The position numbers and the translations under genes are program-made. The notes under the pieces are model-generated. The model saw only the letters and a list, made by a program, of their open reading frames with translations. It made no database searches and had not been told where the DNA came from. 64,000 nt of DNA, taken from positions 26,846,001-26,910,000 of the forward strand of contig OZ024754.1 of assembly GCA_964016885.1 (NCBI GenBank). The letters run 5' to 3'. This DNA is from Eledone cirrhosa. Its lineage: Eukaryota. Shown here piece after piece: positions 1 through 18,000 of the stretch (positions are counted from its first letter, which is position 1; each line of letters begins with the position of its first letter).

Positions 1-3000
1 AACACTACCATCACCAACACTACCATCACCAACACTACCATCACCAACACTACCATCACCAACACTACCATCACCAACACTACCATCACCAACACTACCA
101 TCACCAACACTACCACCACCAACACTACCATCACCAACACTACCATCACCAACACTACCATCACCAACACTACCACCACCAACACTACCATCACCAACAC
201 TACCATCACCAACACTACCATCACCAACACTAACACCACCAACACTACCATCACCAACACTACCACCAACACTACCATCAACAACACTACCATCACCAAC
301 CCTACCACCAACACTAGCATCACCAACACTACCACCAACACTAACACCACCAACACTACCATCACCAAACCTACCACCAACACTACCACCAACACTACCA
401 CCACCAACACTACCATCACCAACACTACCATCACCAACACTACCATCACCGACCCTACCATCACCATCACTACCATCACCAACCCTACCATCACCAACAC
501 TACCATCACCAACACTACCATCACCAACACTACCACCACCAACACTACCATCACCAACACTACCATCACCAACACTACCATCACCAACACTACCATCACC
601 AACACTACCATCACCAACACTACCATCACCAACACTACCACCACCAACACTACCATCACCAACACTACCATCACCAACACTACCATCACCAACACTAACA
701 CCACCAACACTACCATCACCAACACTACCACCAACACTACCATCAACAACACTACCATCACCAACCCTACCACCAACACTAGCATCACCAACACTACCAC
801 CAACACTAACACCACCAACACTACCATCACAAAACCTACCACCAACACTACCACCAACACTACCACCACCAACACTACCATCACCAACACTACCATCACC
901 AACACTACCATCACCGACCCTACCATCACCAACCTTACCACCACCAACACTACCATCACCAACCCTAACATCACCAACCCTACCATCACCAACACTACCA
1001 TCACCAACACTACCATCAGCAACCCTACCATCACCAACACAACCATCACTAACACTACCACCACCAACACTACCATCAGCAACACTACCATCACCATCAC
1101 TACCATCACCAACCCTACCATCACCAACACTACCATCACCAACACTACCATCACCAACACTACCATCACCAACACTACCACCACCAACACTACCAACACT
1201 ACCATCACCAACACTACCACCACCAACACTACCAACACTACCATCACCAACACTACCAACACTACCATCACCAACACTACCACCACCAACACTACCAACA
1301 CTACCATCACCAACACTACCACCACCAACACTACCATCACCAACCCTACCACCACCAACCCTAGCATCACCATCACTACCATCACCAACCCTACCATCAC
1401 CAACACTACCATCACCAACACTACCATCACCAACACTACCACCACCAACACTACTATCACCAACCTACCATCACCAACACTACCACCACCAACACTACCA
1501 TCACCAACACTACCACCACCAACACTACCAACACTACCATCACCAACACTACCACCACCAACACTACCAACACTACCATCACCAACACTACCACCACCAA
1601 CACTACCATCACTAACCCTACCACCACCAACACTACCATCACCAACACTACCATCACCAACACTAACACCAACACTACCATCACCAACACTACCATCACC
1701 AACCCTAACACAACACTACCATCACCAACACTACCATCACCAACCCTACCACCACCAACCCTACCATCACCATCACTACCATCACCAACCCTACCATCAC
1801 CAACACTACCATCACCAACACTACCATCACCAACACTACCACCACCAACACTACCATCACCAACCTACCATCACCAACACTACCACCACCAACACTACCA
1901 TCACCAACACTACCACCACCAACACTACCAACACTACCATCACCAACACTACCACCACCAACACTACCAACACTACCATCACCAACACTACCACCAACAA
2001 CACTACCACCACCAACACTACCAACACTACCACCACCAACACTACCACCACCAACAATACCATCACCAACACTACCACCACCAACACTACCATCACCAAC
2101 ACTACCACCACCAACACTACCACCACCAATACTACCATCACCAACACTACCACCACCGACACTACCACCACCAACACAACCATCACCAACACTACCATCA
2201 CCAACACTACCATCACCAACACTACCACCACCAACACTACCATCACCAACACTACCATCACCAAAACTACCACCACCAACACTACCATCACCAACACTAC
2301 CACCACCAACACTACCACCACCAACACTACCATCACCAACACTACCACCACCAACACTACCATCACCAACACTACCATCACCAACACTACCACCACCAAC
2401 ACTACCATCACCAACACTACCACCACCAACACTACCACCACCAACACCACCATCACCAACACTACCACCACCAACACTACCATCACCAACACTACCATCA
2501 CCAATACTAGCACCACCAACACTACCATCAGCAACCCTACCATCACCAACACTACCATCACTAACACTACCACCACCAACACTACCATCAGCAACCCTAC
2601 CATCACCAACACTACCACCAGCAACCCTACCATCACCAACACTACCATCAGCAATACTACCATCAGCAACACTACCATCAGCAACCCTACCATCACCAAC
2701 ACTACCATCACCAATACTAGCATCACCAACACTACCATCAGCAACCCTACCATCACCAACACTACCATCACTAACACTACCACCACCAACACTACCATCA
2801 GCAACCCTACCATCACCAACACTACCATCACTAACACTACCACCACCAACACCACCATCACCAACACTACCACCAACACTACCATCACTAACACTACCAT
2901 CACCAACACTACCATCACCAACACTAACATCACCCACCCTACCATCACCAATACTAGCATCACCAACACTACCATCAGCAACCATACCATTACCAACACT

Positions 3001-6000
3001 ACCATCAGCAACACTACCATCACCAACACTACCATCAGCAACCCTACCATCACCAACACTACCATCACTAACACTACCACCACCAACACTACCATCAGCA
3101 ACCCTACCATCACCAACACTACCACCAGCAATACTACCATCAGCAATACTACCATCAGCAACCCTACCATCACCAACACTACCATCACCAATACTAGCAT
3201 CACCAACACTACCATCACCAACACTACCATCACCAACACTACCATCACTAACACTACCACCACCAACACTACCATCAGTAACCCTACCATAACCAACACT
3301 ACCATCACTAACACTACCATCACCAACACTACCATCAACAACACTACCACCACCATCACTACCATCACCAACACTACCATCACCAACACTACCATCACCA
3401 ACACTAACATCACCCACCCTACCATCACCAATACTAGCATCACCAACACTACCATCAGCAACCATACCATCACCAATACTACCATCACCAACACTACCAT
3501 CAGCAACACTACCATCACCAACACTACCACCACCAACACTACCATCACCAACACTACCATCACCAACACTAACATCACCCACCCTACCATCACCAATACT
3601 AGCATCACCAACACTACCATCAGCAACCATACCATCACCAATACTACCATCACCAACACTACCATCAGCAACACTACCATCACCAACACTACCACCACCA
3701 ACACTACCATCACCAACACTACCATCACCAACCCTAACACCAACACTACCATCACCAACACTACCATCACCAACACTACCACCACCAACACTACCACCAC
3801 CAACACTACCATCACCAACACTACCATCACCAACACTAACATCACCAACACGACCATAACCACCACTACCACCACCAGCACTACCATCACCAACACTACC
3901 ATCACCAACACTACCACCACCAACACTACCATCACCAACACTACCACCACCAACACTACCATCACCAACACTACCATCCCCAACACTACCATCACCAACA
4001 CTAACATCACCCACCCTACCAGCAACAACCCTACCATCACCAACACTACCATCACGAACCCTACCATCACCAACACTACCATCACCAACACTACCACCAC
4101 CAACACTACCATCACCAACACTACCAGCCCCAACACTACCATCACCAACACTAACATCACCCACCCTACCAGCAACAACCCTACCACCACCAACACTACC
4201 ATCACCAACCCTACCATCACCAACACTACCATCACGAACCCTACCATCACCAACCTTACCACCACTAACACTAACATCACCAACCCTACCATCACCAACA
4301 CTGCCATCACTAACACTACCACCACCAACACTACCATCAGCAACCCTACCATCACCAACCCTACCATCACCAACACTACCACTAACACTACCATCAGCAA
4401 CCCTACCATCACCAATACTACCATCAGCAACACTACCATCACCAACACTACCATCACCAACACTACCATCACCAACCCTACCATCACCAATACTACCATC
4501 AGCAACACTACCGTCACCAACACTACCATCACCAACACTACCATCATCAACACTACCATCACCAACACTACCACCACCAACACTACCATCACCAAAACTA
4601 CCATCACTCACAGTATCATCACCAACACTACCATCACCAACACTACCACCACCAACACTACCATCACCAACACTACCACCACCAACACTACCACCACCAA
4701 CACTACCATCACCAACACTACCATCACCAACACTACCACCACCAGCAACACTACCATCACCAACACTACCATCACCAACACTACCACCACCAACACTACC
4801 ATCACCAACACTACCATCACCAACACTACCACCACCAACACTACCATCACCAACACTACCATCACCAACACTACCATCACCAACACTACCACCACCAGCA
4901 CTACCATCACCAACACTACCATCACCAACACTACCACCACCAACACTACCATCACCAACACTACCATCACCAACACTACCACCACCAACACTACCACCAC
5001 CCGCACTACCATCACCAACACTAATATCACCAACACTACCACCACCAGCACTACCATCACCAACACTACCATCACCAACACTACCACCACCAACACTACC
5101 ATCACCAACACTACCATCACCGACACTACCACCACCAACACTACCATCACCAACACTACATTCACCAACACTACCACCACCAGCACTACCATCACCAACA
5201 CTACCATCACCAACACTACCATCACCAACACTACCATCACCAACACTACCATCACCAACAGTACCATCACCAACACTACCATCACCAACACTACCATCAC
5301 CAACACTACCATCACCAACACTACCACCACCAACACTACCATCACCAACACTACCATCACCAACACTACCATCACCAACACTACCACCACCAACACTACC
5401 ATCACCAACACTACCATCACCAACACTACCATCACCAACACTACCACCACCAACACTACCATCACCAACACTACCATCACCAACACTACCACCACCAACA
5501 CTACCACCACCAACACTACCATCACCAACACTACCACCACCAGCAACACTACCATCACCAACAGTACCATCACCAACACTACCACCACCAACACTACCAC
5601 CACCAACACTACCACCACCAACACTACCATCACCAACACTACCATCACCAACACTACCATCACCAACACTACCACCACCAACACTACCATCACCAACACT
5701 ACCATCACCAGCAACACTACCATCACCAACACTACCATCACCAACACTACCACCACCAACACTACCATCACCAACACTACCATCACCAACACTACCACCA
5801 CCAACACTACCATCACCAACACTACCATCACCAACACTACCATCACCAACACTACCACCACCAGCACTACCATCACCAACACTACCATCACCAACACTAC
5901 CACCACCAACACTACCATCACCAACACTACCATCACCAACACTACCACCACCAACACTACCACCACCCGCACTACCATCACCAACACTAATATCACCAAC

Positions 6001-9000
6001 ACTACCACCACCAGCACTACCATCACCAACACTACCATCACCAACACTACCACCACCAACACTACCATCACCAACACTACCATCACCGACACTACCACCA
6101 CCAACACTACCATCACCAACACTACATTCACCAACACTACCACCACCAGCACTACCATCACCAACACTACCATCACCAACACTACCATCACCAACACTAC
6201 CATCACCAACACTACCATCACCAACACTACCATCACCAACACTACCATCACCAACACTACCATCACCAACACTACCATCAGCAACACTACCACCACCAAC
6301 ACTACCATCACCAACACTACCATCACCAACACTACCATCACCAACACTACCACCACCAACACTACCATCACCAACACTACCATCACCAAAAACTACCACC
6401 ACCAACACTACCATCACCAACACTACCATCACCAAAACTACCACCACCAACACTACCACCACCAACACTACCATCACCAACACTACCACCACCAGCAACA
6501 CTACCATCACCAACAGTACCATCACCAACACTACCACCACCAACACTACCACCACCAACACTACCACCACCAACACTACCATCACCAACACTACCATCAC
6601 CAACACTACCATCACCAACACTACCACCACCAACACTACCATCACCAACACTACCATCACCAACACTACCATCACCAACACTACCACCACCAACACTACC
6701 ACCACCAACACTACCACCACCAACACTACCATCACCAACACTACCATCACCAACACTACCATCACCAACACTACCACCACCAACACTACCATCACCAACA
6801 CTACCATCACCAACACTACCATCACCAACACTACCACCACCAACACTACCATCACCAACACTACCATCACCAACACTACCACCACCAACACTACCACCAC
6901 CAACCCTACCATCACCAACACTACCACCACCAGCAACACTACCATCACCAACACTACCATCACCAACACTACCACCACCAACACTACCACCACCAACACT
7001 ACCATCACCAACACTACCATCACCAACACTACCACCACCAGCAACACTACCATCACCAACAGTACCATCACCAACACTACCACCACCAACACTACCACCA
7101 CCAACACTACCACCACCAACACTACCACCACCAACACTACCATCACCAACACTACCATCACCAACACTACCACCACCAGCAACACTACCATCACCAACAG
7201 TACCATCACCAACACTACCACCACCAACACTACCATCACCAACACTACCATCACCAACACTACCACCACCAACACTACCACCACCAACACTACCATCACC
7301 AACACTACCATCACCAACACTACCACCACCACCAACACTACCACCACCAACACTACCACCACCAACACTACCATCACCAACACTACCATCAGCAACCCTA
7401 CCATCACCAACACTACCATCACCAACACTACCACCACCACCAACACTACCACCACCAACACTACCACCACCAACACTACCATCAGCAACCCTACCATCAC
7501 CAACGCTACCATCACCAACACTACCACCACCAACCCTACCACCACCAACCCTACCACCACCAACACTACCATCACCAACACTACCATCACCAACACTACC
7601 ATCACCAACACTACCATCACCAACACGACCATCACCAACACGACCATCACCACCACTACCACCACCAGCACTACCATCACCAACACTACCATCACCAACA
7701 CTACCACCACCAACACTACCACCACCAACACTACCATCACCAACACCCCCATCACCAACACTACCACCACCAACACTACCATCACCAACCCTACCATCAC
7801 CAACACTACCACCACCAACACTACCACCACCAACACTACCACCACCAGCACTACCATCACCAACACTACCATCACTCACAGTATCATCACCAACACTACC
7901 ATCACCAACACTACCACCACCAACACTACCATCACCAACACTACCACCACCAACACTACCACCACCAACACTACCATCAGCAACCCTACCATCACCAACC
8001 CTACCATCACCAACACTACCACTAACACTACCATCAGCAACCCTACCATCACCAATACTACCATCAGCAACACTACCATCACCAACACTACCATCACCAA
8101 CACTACCATCACCAACCCTACCATCACCAATACTACCATCAGCAACACTACCGTCACCAACACTACCATCACCAACACTACCATCATCAACACTACCATC
8201 ACCAACACTACCACCACCAACACTACCATCACCAAAACTACCATCACTCACAGTATCATCACCAACACTACCATCACCAACACTACCACCACCAACACTA
8301 CCATCACCAACACTACCACCACCAACACTACCACCACCAACACTACCATCACCAACACTACCATCACCAACACTACCACCACCAGCAACACTACCATCAC
8401 CAACACTACCATCACCAACACTACCACCACCAACACTACCATCACCAACACTACCATCACCAACACTACCACCACCAACACTACCATCACCAACACTACC
8501 ATCACCAACACTACCATCACCAACACTACCACCACCAGCACTACCATCACCAACACTACCATCACCAACACTACCACCACCAACACTACCATCACCAACA
8601 CTACCATCACCAACACTACCACCACCAACACTACCACCACCCGCACTACCATCACCAACACTAATATCACCAACACTACCACCACCAGCACTACCATCAC
8701 CAACACTACCATCACCAACACTACCACCACCAACACTACCATCACCAACACTACCATCACCGACACTACCACCACCAACACTACCATCACCAACACTACA
8801 TTCACCAACACTACCACCACCAGCACTACCATCACCAACACTACCATCACCAACACTACCATCACCAACACTACCATCACCAACACTACCATCACCAACA
8901 CTACCATCACCAACACTACCATCACCAACACTACCATCACCAACACTACCATCACCAACACTACCACCACCAACACTACCATCACCAACACTACCATCAC

Positions 9001-12000
9001 CAACACTACCATCACCAACACTACCACCACCAACACTACCATCACCAACACTACCATCACCAACACTACCATCACCAACACTACCACCACCAACACTACC
9101 ATCACCAACACTACCATCACCAACACTACCACCACCAACACTACCACCACCAACACTACCATCACCAACACTACCACCACCAGCAACACTACCATCACCA
9201 ACAGTACCATCACCAACACTACCACCACCAACACTACCACCACCAACACTACCACCACCAACACTACCATCACCAACACTACCATCACCAACACTACCAT
9301 CACCAACACTACCACCACCAACACTACCATCACCAACACTACCATCACCAACACTACCATCACCAACACTACCACCACCAACACTACCACCACCAACACT
9401 ACCACCACCAACACTACCATCACCAACACTACCATCACCAACACTACCATCACCAACACTACCACCACCAACACTACCATCACCAACACTACCATCACCA
9501 ACACTACCATCACCAACACTACCACCACCAACACTACCATCACCAACACTACCATCACCAACACTACCACCACCAACACTACCACCACCAACACTACCAT
9601 CACCAACACTACCACCACCAGCAACACTACCATCACCAACACTACCATCACCAACACTACCACCACCAACACTACCACCACCAACACTACCATCACCAAC
9701 ACTACCATCACCAACACTACCACCACCAGCAACACTACCATCACCAACAGTACCATCACCAACACTACCACCACCAACACTACCACCACCAACACTACCA
9801 CCACCAACACTACCACCACCAACACTACCATCACCAACACTACCATCACCAACACTACCACCACCAGCAACACTACCATCACCAACAGTACCATCACCAA
9901 CACTACCACCACCAACACTACCATCACCAACACTACCATCACCAACACTACCACCACCAACACTACCACCACCAACACTACCATCACCAACACTACCATC
10001 ACCAACACTACCACCACCACCAACACTACCACCACCAACACTACCACCACCAACACTACCATCACCAACACTACCATCAGCAACCCTACCATCACCAACA
10101 CTACCATCACCAACACTACCACCACCAACCCTACCACCACCAACCCTACCACCACCAACACTACCATCACCAACACTACCATCACCAACACTACCATCAC
10201 CAACACTACCATCACCAACACGACCATCACCAACACGACCATCACCACCACTACCACCACCAGCACTACCATCACCAACACTACCATCACCAACACTACC
10301 ACCACCAACACTACCACCACCAACACTACCATCACCAACACCCCCATCACCAACACTACCACCACCAACACTACCACCACCAACACTACCATCACCAACC
10401 CTACCATCACCAACACTACCACCACCAACACTACCACCACCAACACTACCACCACCAGCACTACCATCACCAACACTACCATCACCAACACTACCACCAC
10501 CAACACTACCATCACCAACACCACCATCACCAACACCACCACCACCACCAACACTACCACCATCAACACTACCATCACCAACACTACCACCACCAACACT
10601 ACCACCACCAACACTACCACCACCAACACTACCACCACCCGCACTACCATCACCAACACTACCATCACCAACACTACCATCACCAACACTACCATCACCA
10701 ACACTACCATCACCAACACTACCACCACCAGCACTACCATCACCAACACTACCATCACCAACACTACCACCACCAACACTACCATCACCAACACTACCAT
10801 CACCAACACTACCACCACCAACACTACCACCACCCGCACTACCATCACCAACACTAATATCACCAACACTAATATCACCAACACTACCACCACCAGCACT
10901 ACCATCACCAACACTACCATCACCAACACTACCACCACCAACACTACCATCACCAACACTACCATCACCGACACTACCACCACCAACACTACCATCACCA
11001 ACACTACATTCACCAACACTACCACCACCAGCACTACCATCACCAACACTACCATCACCAACACTACCATCACCAACACTACCATCACCAACACTACCAT
11101 CACCAACACTACCACGACCAACACTACCATCACCAACACTACCATCACCAACACTACCACCACCAACACTACCATCACCAACACTACCATCACCAACACT
11201 ACCATCACCAACACTACCACCACCAACACTACCATCACCAACACTACCATCACCAACACTACCACCACCAACACTACCACCACCAACACTACCATCACCA
11301 ACACTACCATCACCAACACTACCACCACCAGCAACACTACCATCACCAACAGTACCATCACCAACACTACCACCACCAACACTACCATCACCAACACTAC
11401 CATCACCAACACTACCACCACCAACACTACCACCACCAACACTACCATCACCAACACTACCATCACCAACACTACCACCACCACCAACACTACCACCACC
11501 AACACTACCATCAGCAACCCTACCATCACCAACACTACCATCACCAACACTACCACCACCACCAACACTACCACCACCAACACTACCACCACCAACACTA
11601 CCATCAGCAACCCTACCATCACCAACGCTACCATCACCAACACTACCACCACCAACCCTACCACCACCAACCCTACCACCACCAACACTACCATCACCAA
11701 CACTACCATCACCAACACTACCATCACCAACACTACCATCACCAACACGACCATCACCAACACGACCATCACCACCACTACCACCACCAGCACTACCATC
11801 ACCAACACTACCATCACCAACACTACCACCACCAACACTACCACCACCAACACTACCATCACCAACACCCCCATCACCAACACTACCACCACCAACACTA
11901 CCACCACCAACACTACCATCAACAACCCTACCATCACCAACACTAACACCACCAACACTACCACCACCAACACTACCACCACCAGCACTACCATCACCAA

Positions 12001-15000
12001 CACTACCATCACCAACACTACCACCACCAACACTACCATCACCAACACCACCATCACCAACACCCCCACCACCACCAACACTACCACCAGCAACACTACC
12101 ATCACCAACACTACCACCACCAACACTACCACCACCAACACTACCACCACCAACACTACCACCACCCGCACTACCATCACCAACACTACCATCACCAACA
12201 CTACCACCACTAGCACTACCATCACCAACACTACCATCACCAACACTACCATCAGCAACACTACCACCACCAACACTACCATCACCAACACTACCATCAC
12301 CAACACTACCATCACCAACACTACCACCACCAACACTACCATCACCAACACTACCATCACCAAAAACTACCACCACCAACACTACCATCACCAACACTAC
12401 CATCACCAAAACTACCACCACCAACACTACCACCACCAACACTACCATCACCAACACTACCACCACCAGCAACACTACCATCACCAACAGTACCATCACC
12501 AACACTACCACCACCAACACTACCACCACCAACACTACCACCACCAACACTACCATCACCAACACTACCATCACCAACACTACCATCACCAACACTACCA
12601 CCACCAACACTACCATCACCAACACTACCATCACCAACACTACCATCACCAACACTACCACCACCAACACTACCACCACCAACACTACCACCACCAACAC
12701 TACCATCACCAACACTACCATCACCAACACTACCATCACCAACACTACCACCACCAACACTACCATCACCAACACTACCATCACCAACACTACCATCACC
12801 AACACTACCACCACCAACACTACCATCACCAACACTACCATCACCAACACTACCACCACCAACACTACCACCACCAACACTACCATCACCAACACTACCA
12901 CCACCAGCAACACTACCATCACCAACACTACCATCACCAACACTACCACCACCAACACTACCACCACCAACACTACCATCACCAACACTACCATCACCAA
13001 CACTACCACCACCAGCAACACTACCATCACCAACAGTACCATCACCAACACTACCACCACCAACACTACCACCACCAACACTACCACCACCAACACTACC
13101 ACCACCAACACTACCATCACCAACACTACCATCACCAACACTACCACCACCAGCAACACTACCATCACCAACAGTACCATCACCAACACTACCACCACCA
13201 ACACTACCATCACCAACACTACCATCACCAACACTACCACCACCAACACTACCACCACCAACACTACCATCACCAACACTACCATCACCAACACTACCAC
13301 CACCACCAACACTACCACCACCAACACTACCACCACCAACACTACCATCACCAACACTACCATCAGCAACCCTACCATCACCAACACTACCATCACCAAC
13401 ACTACCACCACCACCAACACTACCACCACCAACACTACCACCACCAACACTACCATCAGCAACCCTACCATCACCAACGCTACCATCACCAACACTACCA
13501 CCACCAACCCTACCACCACCAACCCTACCACCACCAACACTACCATCACCAACACTACCATCACCAACACTACCATCACCAACACTACCATCACCAACAC
13601 GACCATCACCAACACGACCATCACCACCACTACCACCACCAGCACTACCATCACCAACACTACCATCACCAACACTACCACCACCAACACTACCACCACC
13701 AACACTACCATCACCAACACCCCCATCACCAACACTACCACCACCAACACTACCATCACCAACCCTACCATCACCAACACTACCACCACCAACACTACCA
13801 CCACCAACACTACCACCACCAGCACTACCATCACCAACACTACCATCACTCACAGTATCATCACCAACACTACCATCACCAACACTACCACCACCAACAC
13901 TACCATCACCAACACTACCACCACCAACACTACCACCACCAACACTACCATCAGCAACCCTACCATCACCAACCCTACCATCACCAACACTACCACTAAC
14001 ACTACCATCAGCAACCCTACCATCACCAATACTACCATCAGCAACACTACCATCACCAACACTACCATCACCAACACTACCATCACCAACCCTACCATCA
14101 CCAATACTACCATCAGCAACACTACCGTCACCAACACTACCATCACCAACACGACCATCATCAACACTACCATCACCAACACTACCACCACCAACACTAC
14201 CATCACCAAAACTACCATCACTCACAGTATCATCACCAACACTACCATCACCAACACTACCACCACCAACACTACCATCACCAACACTACCACCACCAAC
14301 ACTACCACCACCAACACTACCATCACCAACACTACCATCACCAACACTACCACCACCAGCAACACTACCATCACCAACACTACCATCACCAACACTACCA
14401 CCACCAACACTACCATCACCAACACTACCATCACCAACACTACCACCACCAACACTACCATCACCAACACTACCATCACCAACACTACCATCACCAACAC
14501 TACCACCACCAGCACTACCATCACCAACACTACCATCACCAACACTACCACCACCAACACTACCATCACCAACACTACCATCACCAACACTACCACCACC
14601 AACACTACCACCACCCGCACTACCATCACCAACACTAATATCACCAACACTACCACCACCAGCACTACCATCACCAACACTACCATCACCAACACTACCA
14701 CCACCAACACTACCATCACCAACACTACCATCACCGACACTACCACCACCAACACTACCATCACCAACACTACATTCACCAACACTACCACCACCAGCAC
14801 TACCATCACCAACACTACCATCACCAACACTACCATCACCAACACTACCATCACCAACACTACCATCACCAACACTACCATCACCAACACTACCATCACC
14901 AACACTACCATCACCAACACTACCATCACCAACACTACCACCACCAACACTACCATCACCAACACTACCATCACCAACACTACCATCACCAACACTACCA

Positions 15001-18000
15001 CCACCAACACTACCATCACCAACACTACCATCACCAACACTACCATCACCAACACTACCACCACCAACACTACCATCACCAACACTACCATCACCAACAC
15101 TACCACCACCAACACTACCACCACCAACACTACCATCACCAACACTACCACCACCAGCAACACTACCATCACCAACAGTACCATCACCAACACTACCACC
15201 ACCAACACTACCACCACCAACGCTACCACCACCAACACTACCATCACCAACACTACCATCACCAACACTACCATCACCAACACTACCACCACCAACACTA
15301 CCATCACCAACACTACCATCACCAACACTACCATCACCAACACTACCACCACCAACACTACCACCACCAACACTACCACCACCAACACTACCATCACCAA
15401 CACTACCATCACCAACACTACCATCACCAACACTACCACCACCAACACTACCATCACCAACACTACCATCACCAACACTACCATCACCAACACTACCACC
15501 ACCAACACTACCATCACCAACACTACCATCACCAACACTACCACCACCAACACTACCACCACCAACACTACCATCACCAACACTACCACCACCAGCAACA
15601 CTACCATCACCAACACTACCATCACCAACACTACCACCACCAACACTACCACCACCAACACTACCATCACCAACACTACCATCACCAACACTACCACCAC
15701 CAGCAACACTACCATCACCAACAGTACCATCACCAACACTACCACCACCAACACTACCACCACCAACACTACCACCACCAACACTACCACCACCAACACT
15801 ACCATCACCAACACTACCATCACCAACACTACCACCACCAGCAACACTACCATCACCAACAGTACCATCACCAACACTACCACCACCAACACTACCATCA
15901 CCAACACTACCATCACCAACACTACCACCACCAACACTACCACCACCAACACTACCATCACCAACACTACCATCACCAACACTACCACCACCACCAACAC
16001 TACCACCACCAACACTACCACCACCAACACTACCACCACCAACACTACCATCACCAACACTACCATCAGCAACCCTACCATCACCAACACTACCATCACC
16101 AACACTACCACCACCAACCCTACCACCACCAACACTACCATCACCAACACGACCATCACCAACACGACCATCACCACCACTACCACCACCAGCACTACCA
16201 TCACCAACACTACCATCACCAACACTACCACCACCAACACTACCACCACCAACACTACCATCACCAACACCCCCATCACCAACACTACCACCACCAACAC
16301 TACCACCACCAACACTACCATCACCAACCCTACCATCACCAACACTACCACCACCAACACTACCACCACCAACACTACCACCACCAGCACTACCATCACC
16401 AACACTACCATCACCAACACTACCACCACCAACACTACCATCACCAACACCACCATCACCAACACCACCACCACCACCAACACTACCACCATCAACACTA
16501 CCATCACCAACACTACCACCACCAACACTACCACCACCAACACTACCACCACCAACACTACCACCACCCGCACTACCATCACCAACACTACCATCACCAA
16601 CACTACCATCACCAACACTACCATCACCAACACTACCATCACCAACACTACCACCACCAGCACTACCATCACCAACACTACCATCACCAACACTACCACC
16701 ACCAACACTACCATCACCAACACTACCATCACCAACACTACCACCACCAACACTACCACCACCCGCACTACCATCACCAACACTAATATCACCAACACTA
16801 CCACCACCAGCACTACCATCACCAACACTACCATCACCAACACTACCACCACCAACACTACCATCACCAACACTACCATCACCGACACTACCACCACCAA
16901 CACTACCATCACCAACACTACATTCACCAACACTACCACCACCAGCACTACCATCACCAACACTACCATCACCAACACTACCATCACCAACACTACCATC
17001 ACCAACACTACCATCACCAACACTACCACCACCAACACTACCATCACCAACACTACCATCACCAACACTACCACCACCAACACTACCATCACCAACACTA
17101 CCATCACCAACACTACCATCACCAACACTACCACCACCAACACTACCATCACCAACACTACCATCACCAACACTACCACCACCAACACTACCACCACCAA
17201 CACTACCATCACCAACACTACCATCACCAACACTACCACCACCAGCAACACTACCATCACCAACAGTACCATCACCAACACTACCACCACCAACACTACC
17301 ATCACCAACACTACCATCACCAACACTACCACCACCAACACTACCACCACCAACACTACCATCACCAACACTACCATCACCAACACTACCACCACCACCA
17401 ACACTACCACCACCAACACTACCATCAGCAACCCTACCATCACCAACACTACCATCACCAACACTACCACCACCACCAACACTACCACCACCAACACTAC
17501 CACCACCAACACTACCATCAGCAACCCTACCATCACCAACGCTACCATCACCAACACTACCACCACCAACCCTACCACCACCAACCCTACCACCACCAAC
17601 ACTACCATCACCAACACTACCATCACCAACACTACCATCACCAACACTACCATCACCAACACGACCATCACCAACACGACCATCACCACCACTACCACCA
17701 CCAGCACTACCATCACCAACACTACCATCACCAACACTACCACCACCAACACTACCACCACCAACACTACCATCACCAACACCCCCATCACCAACACTAC
17801 CACCACTAACACTACCACCACCAACACTACCATCAACAACCCTACCATCACCAACACTAACACCACCAACACTACCACCACCAACACTACCACCACCAGC
17901 ACTACCATCACCAACACTACCATCACCAACACTACCACCACCAACACTACCATCACCAACACCACCATCACCAACACCCCCACCACCACCAACACTACCA